In this document: piece after piece, positions 54,645 to 63,000 of the stretch
How the letters are laid out: every line of letters starts with the position of its first letter
Numbering within the stretch: position 1 is the first letter of the stretch
Assembly (NCBI GenBank): GCA_905478465.1
Contig: CAJQIN010000012.1
Coordinates: forward strand, 32,890-96,889
DNA from: Minisyncoccota bacterium
GTDB taxonomy: Bacteria > Patescibacteriota > Minisyncoccia > Phycocordibacterales > CAJQIN01
Direction of reading: 5' to 3'
DNA: 64,000 nt
Translations under genes and position numbers: made by a program
Notes under the pieces: model-generated
Told to the model about the DNA's origin: nothing
Database searches by the model: none
What the model saw: the letters and a program-made list of their open reading frames with translations, nothing else

Positions 54645-55100
54645 ATGTTTAAAATACTTACAGAGATCATACATACCATCGTTTCTTTAGGAGGACGAGC
54701 AAATGTAAAAACCGAACGTTTTTTAAGATATTCAGCCTCAGGTGCTTTTACCTTTATTATCGATTTTATTGGTTTATGGTTTTTGATTCAATATCTAAAC
54801 ATACATTATGTACCAGCACTTTCTATTTCTTTCCTAATATCTGCATACATTCACTACAATATTGTTCGTCACTGGGCATTCAAGGGCACTAAACGTGAAA
54901 TTTTTTCTGGATATCTAATATTTTCCACCATATCAATAACCGGCCTTTTGCTAACAACAGGAATCATGATTATTTTTGTCGAATATTCTAATCTTGGAGT
55001 ATATATTTCTAGAATTATTACTGCTTTTTTTATCGGAGTATGGAACTACAATCTAAATCTCTTTTTCAACTTTAAGACTCACAACACAGAGCTTTATTAA
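54645..55100 (+). CDS. GtrA-family membrane protein
   Basis: FLRYSASGAFTFIIDFIGLWFL ... RHWAF. Confidence 0.7.
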   Translation: MFKILTEIIHTIVSLGGRANVKTERFLRYSASGAFTFIIDFIGLWFLIQYLNIHYVPALSISFLISAYIHYNIVRHWAFKGTKREIFSGYLIFSTISITGLLLTTGIMIIFVEYSNLGVYISRIITAFFIGVWNYNLNLFFNFKTHNTELY

Positions 55101-55181
55101 GAGTAAAATATCTCCTCAAAAAAATCACAGAATATATTCTGTGATTTTTTGTTAATTCTTTAAATTAAAACACCAATACCC

Positions 55182-56972
55182 TTACTTCTGTCTAGGGTTT
55201 TTCTTCCTAGCATTTTCAGTCAGAAACTTCTTTCGAAGACGAATGTCCTCAGGTGTAATCTCAAGGTATTCATCATCTCTCATTAATCCAAGAGCTCTCT
55301 CAAGAGTTAGATCAAAATGTGGAGTAATTTGAACCACACCATCAGATCCTGAAGCTCGCATGTTCGTCAACTGCTTTCCTTTTATGGGGTTTACTGTCAT
55401 GTCTTCACCTTTTGATGTATTTCCAACCACCATTCCTTCATACACATCGGTTGTTGGAGGAATATAAAGCACACCTCTTTCTTGCAAGTTTGCAAGCGCA
55501 AAAGCCAAAGATTTTCCGGTAATCATAGACACCATTGATCCATACTCAGTTTTCATAATGGCTCCTGCATAAGGACGAAAATCTAGAAAAAGAGAAGTCA
55601 TAATACCCTCTCCCTTTGTCTCAATTACAAATTCGTTTCGATACCCAAGTAATCCTCGTGTTGGCACATGAAAAACCATTCTAGTCTGACTACCTTCTTG
55701 CTTCATATCCATCATTATTCCTTTTCTATTTCCAAGTTTTTCTATAACAACACCTGAAAATTCTGTTGGTACAAGAATGGTAACTTCTTCAAATGGTTCA
55801 CTTTTCACACCATCTATTTCCTTAACAATAACTTCTGGTTGTGAGACAGCTATTTCAAATCCTTCTCGACGCATATGCTCAAGAAGCACGGCAAGATGGA
55901 GTTCTCCACGTCCAAATACTTGAAAACGATTATCCTCACCGAAAGTAATTCTGAGTCCAACATTAATTTCAAGTTCTTTTGCAAGTCGATCACGAATCTG
56001 TCTAGAGGTAAGGAATTTTCCTGAGCGCCCCGCAAAAGGAGAATCGTTTACAAACATAAAAAGAGATAAGGTCGGCTCATCAACAGTAATGGCCGGTAAC
56101 ATTTCCCCATCTTCAACATCAACAATGGTGTGCCCAATATAAATCTCTGGTATACCGGCAATCATTACAATATCTCCAGTTTCAGCCTGATCCTCTGCCT
56201 TCTTTTGCATCCCCTCAAACGTAAAAAGTTTAGTTATTTTTCCTTTAAAAACTTCACCTGTAGGACTTTTGGCAAATACTTCTTGTCCTTGTTTTACAAC
56301 TCCAGAATAAATACGACAAATACCCATACGTCCAAGAAAATTATCATATGCGAGGTTAAACACTTGTGCCTGAAGAGGTTTTGTTTTTGATTCACTATCT
56401 GAAGCAGGTGGAACTACTTCTAAAATTAAGTCCAGAAGCGGTGACAAGTCACCTGATTCATCTTCCATTTTTATTTTAGCCATTCCATCACGTCCGATTG
56501 CATACACAGTTTTAAAATCTAACTGTTCTTCTGTCGCTCCTAAATCAAAAAATAATTCATACACTTCATCATGAGACTTCTTCACATCAGCAGTAGGCTT
56601 GTCAATTTTATTTAATACTAGAATAGGTTTCAGTCCAAGCTCCAGGGATTTCTTAAGCACAAATTTTGTTTGTGGCATTGGACCTTCAGCAGCATCTACA
56701 ACAAGAAGTACCGAGTCAATTGACCGCAATACACGTTCCACCTCTGAACCAAAGTCGGCATGTCCTGGTGTATCGAGAATATTGATTTTCGTATCCTTAT
56801 AAAAAACGGAGGTATTTTTAGCATAAATAGTAATACCACGCTCTTTTTCAAGATCATCTGAGTCCATAGTAGTGCCTTCTTCTACCATACCTGCCTGTTT
56901 CAAAATGGCATCTGTTAGAGTTGTTTTGCCATGGTCAACGTGAGCAATAATAGCTATATTTCTAATTTCCAT
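55182..56972 (-). CDS. typA: Translational GTPase TypA/BipA
   Basis: IRNIAIIAHVDHGKTTLTD ... DTPGHADF ... NKIDK. Confidence 0.92.
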   Translation of the reverse strand: MEIRNIAIIAHVDHGKTTLTDAILKQAGMVEEGTTMDSDDLEKERGITIYAKNTSVFYKDTKINILDTPGHADFGSEVERVLRSIDSVLLVVDAAEGPMPQTKFVLKKSLELGLKPILVLNKIDKPTADVKKSHDEVYELFFDLGATEEQLDFKTVYAIGRDGMAKIKMEDESGDLSPLLDLILEVVPPASDSESKTKPLQAQVFNLAYDNFLGRMGICRIYSGVVKQGQEVFAKSPTGEVFKGKITKLFTFEGMQKKAEDQAETGDIVMIAGIPEIYIGHTIVDVEDGEMLPAITVDEPTLSLFMFVNDSPFAGRSGKFLTSRQIRDRLAKELEINVGLRITFGEDNRFQVFGRGELHLAVLLEHMRREGFEIAVSQPEVIVKEIDGVKSEPFEEVTILVPTEFSGVVIEKLGNRKGIMMDMKQEGSQTRMVFHVPTRGLLGYRNEFVIETKGEGIMTSLFLDFRPYAGAIMKTEYGSMVSMITGKSLAFALANLQERGVLYIPPTTDVYEGMVVGNTSKGEDMTVNPIKGKQLTNMRASGSDGVVQITPHFDLTLERALGLMRDDEYLEITPEDIRLRKKFLTENARKKNPRQK

Positions 56973-57113
56973 AAAATAAATAATTAAATTGTTGTTTGTA
57001 TAAAAAACCTGAGTTTTTTGTTAGTTTTTCAAGATTATCAAGAAAAAAATAATCCGTAGTTTTTACACGGAAGAAGAATAACTATACACTATTTTTAAAA
57101 AAGATAAAGGGTA

Positions 57114-57533
57114 CTAATAATTATTTTTTGATACCCCGCATTTATTACACACCCCAAAAAATTCAAGCATATGACGATCTATACTAGAAAATGACCTAGT
57201 CTCTTTTATAACACTCTTTAAAATAGCAGGAGAAATACAGGCAGCAATCTCTTCTTTATACCCACATACCGTACATACAACATGATGATGGTGGTGTTCC
57301 TGAAATTCAAAATACGCCTTTCCTTTTCTAAAATCTGTCTGGTACACCAGCCCTCGAGAAACAAATATATCAAGAATACGATACACAGTTACTTTATTAA
57401 GAAATCCAACCCCTAAGGAAATATTCTCAATAGTGAGAGGTTCTCCTGTATCGATTAGATATTGCAAAACAGCAAGTCTTCCCTTGGTCACTTTCATGTG
57501 ATTTAGCTTAATAAGCTCTTGTGCATTCTTCAT
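57114..57533 (-). CDS. Fur-family metalloregulator. Zur is likely, given the divergent ZIP transporter.
   Basis: KVTKGRLAVLQYL HTH region, His-rich HHHHHVVCTVCG and a C-terminal CxxC. Confidence 0.8.
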   Translation of the reverse strand: MKNAQELIKLNHMKVTKGRLAVLQYLIDTGEPLTIENISLGVGFLNKVTVYRILDIFVSRGLVYQTDFRKGKAYFEFQEHHHHHVVCTVCGYKEEIAACISPAILKSVIKETRSFSSIDRHMLEFFGVCNKCGVSKNNY

Positions 57534-57554
57534 ATTTTATAGTATACTCTAAAA

Positions 57555-57571
57555 GCAAATATTTTGCATTT
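57555..57571. promoter_or_regulatory. Near-palindromic 17-mer GCAAATATTTTGCATTT in the fur/ZIP divergent intergenic region (candidate Fur/Zur box)
   Basis: Read directly from the sequence. It is the exact reverse complement of 171-187. Confidence 0.45.
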
Positions 57572-57590
57572 AAAATAAACCACTTTTACC

Positions 57591-58328
57591 ATGTATATAT
57601 ACTCACTTTGTAGCGTACTTATTGTTAGTCTCATATCTTTTGTTGGCGCCTTCTCTCTTGCCACACGTGAGAAAACTCTTAGGAAATACATAGTATTTTT
57701 TGTAAGTCTTGCTGTGGGTGCCCTACTTGGAGATGCTTTTATCCATCTTATTCCAGAAGCTTTCGAAAACACATCTTCTCCGACAATGGTCTCTCTCCTT
57801 ATTCTTGTAGGTATTTTTATATTCTTTATGTTTGAAAAAATACTTCACTGGCATCATCATCCAGAATGCTCAGACACACACATTCATCCAGTCGGAAAAA
57901 TGGTTCTTTTTTCTGATGGTCTTCACAACATGATTGATGGTGTGATTATTGGTATTAGTTATCTGATAAGTATGGAGGTTGGTATTGCAACAACTATCGC
58001 TGTTATTCTCCACGAAATTCCACAGGAAATTGGAGACTTTAGTATTCTAATCCACGCAGGATACAGTAAAGTAAGGGCTCTATGGCTAAATTTTATTTCA
58101 GCATTATTTGCTGTTGTAGGACTATTTCTTGTATTTATTGTAGGAGAAGCAACAGAGCACCTTATAACATTTATAATCCCCTTAGCTGCCGGAGGTTTTA
58201 TCTACATTGCTATGTCTGATCTTATTCCAGAACTTCACACTTTTAAGAAAAAGAAAAATACAATTACACAAATATGCGCTATCGCACTCGGTATACTACT
58301 GATGATTGGATTACTCTATCTGGAATAA
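57591..58328 (+). CDS. ZIP-family zinc/iron permease (ZupT-like)
   Basis: HEIPQEIGDF and HNMIDGV motifs. Eight transmembrane helices. Confidence 0.85.
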   Translation: MYIYSLCSVLIVSLISFVGAFSLATREKTLRKYIVFFVSLAVGALLGDAFIHLIPEAFENTSSPTMVSLLILVGIFIFFMFEKILHWHHHPECSDTHIHPVGKMVLFSDGLHNMIDGVIIGISYLISMEVGIATTIAVILHEIPQEIGDFSILIHAGYSKVRALWLNFISALFAVVGLFLVFIVGEATEHLITFIIPLAAGGFIYIAMSDLIPELHTFKKKKNTITQICAIALGILLMIGLLYLE

Positions 58329-58388
58329 AAAAAAATACCCTGTCAAAAAAACAGGGTATTTTATTTAAATATTATGTAATCTATACAC

Positions 58389-59231
58389 TTAAGAGAACCT
58401 AGCCTTAAGTCTCGATAGAATACTATTATGCTTTTGCGATATCCTACCTTCAGACAGACCTATAACCCCAGAAATTTCAGACATGGTCATACCTGCCCGA
58501 TAGTAAAGTACAAGTATGAGATATTCCCGTCGATCAAAAATTTTTCTTAGCTCATCAAAAAAAATATTCTCAGAAGCTATTTTTTTTGGATCAATAACAC
58601 TACCATCTTTCAAGATATCCCCCCGAGACACATTCCGATCTCCTGAAAAACCACCTTTTTCTGACCCCCCAAAAGAATCATCTAAACTTGCGATAGTCAC
58701 ACGGGCAATTTTATGACTTGCTAGTATCTTTTTCCACTCACGATCTAATAAATTCAAACCTTTCTGAATTTCTTCTGGTACAGGCAACTCGCCATGCTTT
58801 TTGTAGTAACATCTGCAAAAATCACTTAACTGATTTTCTCGACCACGTGCAACCCGAGAAACATGATCCATGTTACGAAGCATATCTACTATAGACCCTC
58901 TAATACGTATTGAAGAAAATGTTTCAAATTTTATGCCACGAGACAAATCAAATGCATCTATGGAATCCACCAGACCAAATATACCAGCACTCTCAATATC
59001 ACATTCCTCACACCCTATATTTTTTGGCAACCTTAAGCATATTCTGGTTGCCAAAAACTTTACAAAAGGTAGATAGTGCTCGATCAGCCGATTACGATCT
59101 GTATCTAGATGAGACTCCTCATACTTTCTCCATAAAACCAAGACAGCATCTTCTGTTGGAGACTTTTTCACATCAACAGCAAACTTCCTTGTCATAACAG
59201 CAGTCATTGTATTCCCCTTATAAAAGTTCAT
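58389..59231 (-). CDS. RNA polymerase sigma factor, FliA/WhiG (sigma-28)-like
   Basis: Region 2 RNRLIEHYLPFVKFLA and region 4 LILVLYYRAGMTMSEISGVIGLSEGRISQKHNSILSRLK. The latter closely matches the FliA C-terminus. Confidence 0.7.
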   Translation of the reverse strand: MNFYKGNTMTAVMTRKFAVDVKKSPTEDAVLVLWRKYEESHLDTDRNRLIEHYLPFVKFLATRICLRLPKNIGCEECDIESAGIFGLVDSIDAFDLSRGIKFETFSSIRIRGSIVDMLRNMDHVSRVARGRENQLSDFCRCYYKKHGELPVPEEIQKGLNLLDREWKKILASHKIARVTIASLDDSFGGSEKGGFSGDRNVSRGDILKDGSVIDPKKIASENIFFDELRKIFDRREYLILVLYYRAGMTMSEISGVIGLSEGRISQKHNSILSRLKARFS

Positions 59232-59308
59232 TCGTTCCTACACATTCCACATAGAAGTATGCTCTTGTCAAAGAAAATAGTCAAATAATTATCGTATTCA
59301 TAAGCTAT

Positions 59309-60571
59309 TTAATCCTTTTTACCAGCAGCTGCTTTTCCAGCCACATATCCAGTAGTCCAGCACATTTGAAGAGAGTACCCACCAGATGGACGATTAATAT
59401 GCAAAAGATCTCCGGTAAGAAATAAATTTGAATATAATTTAGATTGCATTGTTTTTGTATCCACTTCCTCAAGAAGAACACCTCCGTCTGATACCACAGC
59501 TCTATCAAGACCCATAAGATCCTCAATAAATACAGGCATAGTTTTCAATAAATTTACTAACATTTTTCGCTCCTCTTTTGTAACAGAATGAACTTTTTTT
59601 GACAGCAAATCTTTATCCAAAAGATGTTCCATAGCAGTTGTCATACCGTGCGGAACTATATCATCCAACACATTTTTAAACATTTTGTTTTTTGAAGTAT
59701 CGAGTTTCTTTATTATACTTTTTTCTAGTGATCCAATATCAGTATCTGGATACATATCTATTTCAGCTTTCACCTCACCCTCTTGCAGCAGTTTTCCTAC
59801 CTCACGAGCACTGTTTAAAATAAGAGGACCTGACAAACCAAAATGCGTAAAAAGAATTTTTCCTTTTTTTGAAAATCTCTTTTGTCCAGACACAAAAAAA
59901 GTAATTTTCATAAATGAAAGAGATATTCCAGAGACTGATTTTACCCACTCATCATAGGCTTTTAGAGGAACAATGTCAGGAGAAGATTTTTTTACAGTAT
60001 GTCCCAATTTTTCTAACCAACGAAACCCATCACCTGTTGAACCAGTTTGAGGAGCAGAGATACCACCCGTAGCAAAAACAAAGGCGTCTGCCGTATACTT
60101 CACTTTTTCTATCTGTACTGACTTTATCTTATGATCATCTGTAGCAGTAACCTTTGTTACCTTTGCCCCAGTCTTAACCGTAGTTCGATGGTACCTTGAA
60201 TACCTATTCATGAGATCGCACACATCTTTAGCATTTTGTGTATAAGGAAAAGCTCGCTGACGAGCTTCCACAACTAATCTTAATTTATTTTTTTCAAAAA
60301 AATCAAATGTATCTTGTACACCAAATTGAGAAAAAGGAGAGTAAAGAAAACCCTTAGCATCTCCATAGTGTTCAAGAAGTTTATGAATATCAAATTCTGC
60401 ATTTGTCACATTGCATCTCCCTCCTCCCGTAATTTTTAATTTTTCTCCTAGGTTGTTATTTTTTTCAACAAGTAACACTGATTTTCCGGCACGAGAAGCC
60501 ACACCAGCAGCCATCATTCCTGATGCACCACCTCCAACAACAATCACATCAAAATGAGTTTGAGTTTTCAT
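59309..60571 (-). CDS. HI0933-family FAD-dependent oxidoreductase (BaiN/aminoacetone-oxidase-like flavoprotein)
   Basis: FDVIVVGGGASGMMAAGVA ... ITGGGRCNVTN. Confidence 0.8.
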   Translation of the reverse strand: MKTQTHFDVIVVGGGASGMMAAGVASRAGKSVLLVEKNNNLGEKLKITGGGRCNVTNAEFDIHKLLEHYGDAKGFLYSPFSQFGVQDTFDFFEKNKLRLVVEARQRAFPYTQNAKDVCDLMNRYSRYHRTTVKTGAKVTKVTATDDHKIKSVQIEKVKYTADAFVFATGGISAPQTGSTGDGFRWLEKLGHTVKKSSPDIVPLKAYDEWVKSVSGISLSFMKITFFVSGQKRFSKKGKILFTHFGLSGPLILNSAREVGKLLQEGEVKAEIDMYPDTDIGSLEKSIIKKLDTSKNKMFKNVLDDIVPHGMTTAMEHLLDKDLLSKKVHSVTKEERKMLVNLLKTMPVFIEDLMGLDRAVVSDGGVLLEEVDTKTMQSKLYSNLFLTGDLLHINRPSGGYSLQMCWTTGYVAGKAAAGKKD

Positions 60572-60663
60572 ATAAAAATATATAATGACTTATTTTATAC
60601 AAAAAGTCAAGAGAATGTGTGGTATTACCACACATTCTCTTGACTATATTTTAATGTTTAGTC

Positions 60664-62079
60664 TTATAACTCTGCCCTAGCATCATATGCAAGATCTTCT
60701 GCATCTTCAGCATAACGTATAGCATCCTCATAATCAGCATCATCAAATGCATCTTCTGCATCACCTATTTTATCTAAAGCATCATCAAGATAATCTTCTG
60801 CATCATCGGTATCATCGCCATCATCTTGCGCATCAGTAATATCATCAACGATTTCGTAAATAGTCTCCCACACATCATCAATAGCATTTTGGGCATCGTC
60901 CTCTGTGTATGTTTCTAGAGATTCCAGCGCATCATCGATGAGATCTTCAATTTCTTCAACAGTATCTAGTACATCATCATAATCCTTGTCATCAAATTGA
61001 TCTTTTGCCTCATCAAGCAAATCTTCTGCCTCATCTAAATAATCTTCAGCATCATCAGTATCCCCACTTGCATCATCTACATCATCCCAGGCCTCCGCAA
61101 GCTCATCTTCGATATCATCAATAGCATCATCTGCATCAGATTTATCAGCACGACCTGATGAACTACCAATTTCATCAAGAGCATCATCTACAATATTTTC
61201 AATATCATCAATAATATCCAAAACTTCTTCATAGTCCTGATCGTCATACGCATCTTCCGCATCTTCCAACAAATCATCAGCTTCATCAAGATAATCCTCA
61301 GCATCATCTACATCCTCACCGTCATCATCTGCAGCATTCACATCATTTCGAGCATCATCAATCAAAATTTCAACATCATCAATGGCATCTTTTGCCTTAC
61401 TCTTTGTTGCATTTTTATTACTTGAACTCCCTCCATCGGCTTCATCATACGCATCATCTGCATCATTTATAGAGTTATCGGCATAATTTTCTGATTTTGA
61501 AAAGTTTTTTCCAAGAAAAGACTGTACGGCATCAAAAAAATTATCTTCCGCATCCCAATACATGTCTAAAGCATCATCATAGTTAGAATCATCAGTATCA
61601 AGATCATTAATAGCATCTCGCGCATCTTTTAAGATATTAATAGCATCTTGTACAGCATCTTTTGCACTTTGTTCTACAAATGTAACACTTGTATTTTGAC
61701 TAACTACAGTATTAACAGCTGGAGAAGTATTCCCAAGAATAGAGGCACTTGAAAGAGCCAGATATTTAGCTCTCGAAACTGGCCCAAAATAACCAGTTGC
61801 AGGACTTACACCATTTGCTTTTTGCCATGCAATGACAGCTTTCTTTGTAAGAGTTTGGTATAAATTAGTCTCTCTTCCAGAAGAACCTACACCTGTCTCA
61901 GCAACAGTGTATCCTTTTTCATTTAAATATCTCTGTAAACACCTAACCTCCTCACTCACAACTCCAATATCTAAATCTTGAGTGAAGGTACAGATACTAG
62001 CAGCATTTGCTGTTGAAGAGGTAAATCCGAATATAAATAAAAAAGCTCCTAGTGACAAAAAATACTTACTACATCTCAT
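60664..62079 (-). CDS. Secreted protein with a peptidoglycan-binding domain followed by three poly-acidic (D/E-rich) repeats
   Basis: Signal peptide, then a PG_binding_1-like segment (CLQRYLNEKGYTV ... AVIAWQKANGVSPATGYFGP). After that come three units of about 85 aa each of the form DD.EDYLDEA.DLL(E/D)(D/E)A.D..DD.DY(E/D).VLD....IE..D. Confidence 0.6.
   Translation of the reverse strand: MRCSKYFLSLGAFLFIFGFTSSTANAASICTFTQDLDIGVVSEEVRCLQRYLNEKGYTVAETGVGSSGRETNLYQTLTKKAVIAWQKANGVSPATGYFGPVSRAKYLALSSASILGNTSPAVNTVVSQNTSVTFVEQSAKDAVQDAINILKDARDAINDLDTDDSNYDDALDMYWDAEDNFFDAVQSFLGKNFSKSENYADNSINDADDAYDEADGGSSSNKNATKSKAKDAIDDVEILIDDARNDVNAADDDGEDVDDAEDYLDEADDLLEDAEDAYDDQDYEEVLDIIDDIENIVDDALDEIGSSSGRADKSDADDAIDDIEDELAEAWDDVDDASGDTDDAEDYLDEAEDLLDEAKDQFDDKDYDDVLDTVEEIEDLIDDALESLETYTEDDAQNAIDDVWETIYEIVDDITDAQDDGDDTDDAEDYLDDALDKIGDAEDAFDDADYEDAIRYAEDAEDLAYDARAEL
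60667..61482 (-). repeat. Intragenic tandem repeats of about 250 bp (three copies) that encode the acidic repeat units
   Basis: Protein-level periodicity, and a DNA rich in recurring GCATCATC/GATGATG. Confidence 0.5.
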
Positions 62080-62182
62080 GTTGTTGTTAAATTAATTTAA
62101 AACTTAATAGAATAATATCTTATAACCTTATTATTTTATCACACAAAAAACACACCCACATATAAGAATGTGCATATCTTTA

Positions 62183-62383
62183 TTAAGACAATAATTCTGG
62201 AGATACGGGAACAATAAAAATAGCAATAATATACGTTAATCCCACAGGAATAATTGCAGTAGAGAGCGCGACTAAAAGAAAGAGTAATCTTAATATTTTA
62301 GGATCAATATTAAAATATTCACCCAGACCACCAATAACTCCTGCGAATACTTTATTATTTTGACTTCTGTATAGTTTTTTCAT
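62183..62383 (-). CDS. PspC-domain membrane protein
   Basis: LYRSQNNKVFAGVIGGLGEYFNIDPKILRLLFLLVAL. Confidence 0.75.
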   Translation of the reverse strand: MKKLYRSQNNKVFAGVIGGLGEYFNIDPKILRLLFLLVALSTAIIPVGLTYIIAIFIVPVSPELLS

Positions 62384-62396
62384 ACATTTTATAGTA

Positions 62397-62480
62397 CTCT
62401 ATTAACGGAAGTCTTTCAAACACGCACCCTAGGCAAGGATGCCCCGCATCCCCGATCACCGATGCACCCCGCCAACCAAT
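62397..62480. ncRNA. GC-rich structured element of about 85 nt. It is either a 5'-leader for the pspC-domain gene or a small RNA ending in a plus-strand terminator.
   Basis: Two GC hairpins, GGATGC-CCCG-CATCC and CCCCGCC-N14-GGCGGGG. The second is followed by ATTTTTAT on the plus strand. GC content is well above the local background. Confidence 0.3.
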
Positions 62481-62503
62481 ACAGGAAGGCGGGGATTTTT
62501 ATA

Positions 62504-62932
62504 TTATACAAGAATTCCTTTCTCTACGATATCCCTCACATAAGCATCAAGTTCAGGTTCGACCCTCATCTCTTCAACGCTCATCTCTTCAACGCTCATC
62601 CACTTATATGAAATATTCTCACTAGTATCCAATACTGGGTCACCTTCTGTTTCTCCCACATAAGAAAGACGCACAATGTGTCGCTCTTCATTTGGAATAA
62701 TATCTTGCGCATGAATAAGCACAGGTTCTGAAGTAATAGTAAGTCCTGTTTCTTCTTGCACCTCACGTCTCAAATTATCAATAAGTATGGTTCCTGGATC
62801 TATACGGCCACCAACAATATCCCAACTTCCCTTAGTCTTTCCATATTTTTCAGACGAACGCTCGACGATTAAATACTTTCCTTCTTTATTTTTTAAAAAA
62901 ATCTTGGCTCCAACCTGTAAAGTAATAGACAT
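62504..62932 (-). CDS. Nudix hydrolase
   Basis: Nudix box GGRIDPGTILIDNLRREVQEETGL. I placed the start at MSITLQVGAKIF. Confidence 0.85.
   Translation of the reverse strand: MSITLQVGAKIFLKNKEGKYLIVERSSEKYGKTKGSWDIVGGRIDPGTILIDNLRREVQEETGLTITSEPVLIHAQDIIPNEERHIVRLSYVGETEGDPVLDTSENISYKWMSVEEMSVEEMRVEPELDAYVRDIVEKGILV
62567..62596. repeat. 15-bp perfect tandem duplication (CATCTCTTCAACGCT x2) inside the Nudix gene. It encodes MSVEE-MSVEE.
   Basis: Read directly from the sequence. Confidence 0.8.
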
Positions 62933-63000
62933 AATATTAATATTATACAATCTTAATATTTTAATGCACACTCCTTAAAAACTGCTATAATACGCCTCAT

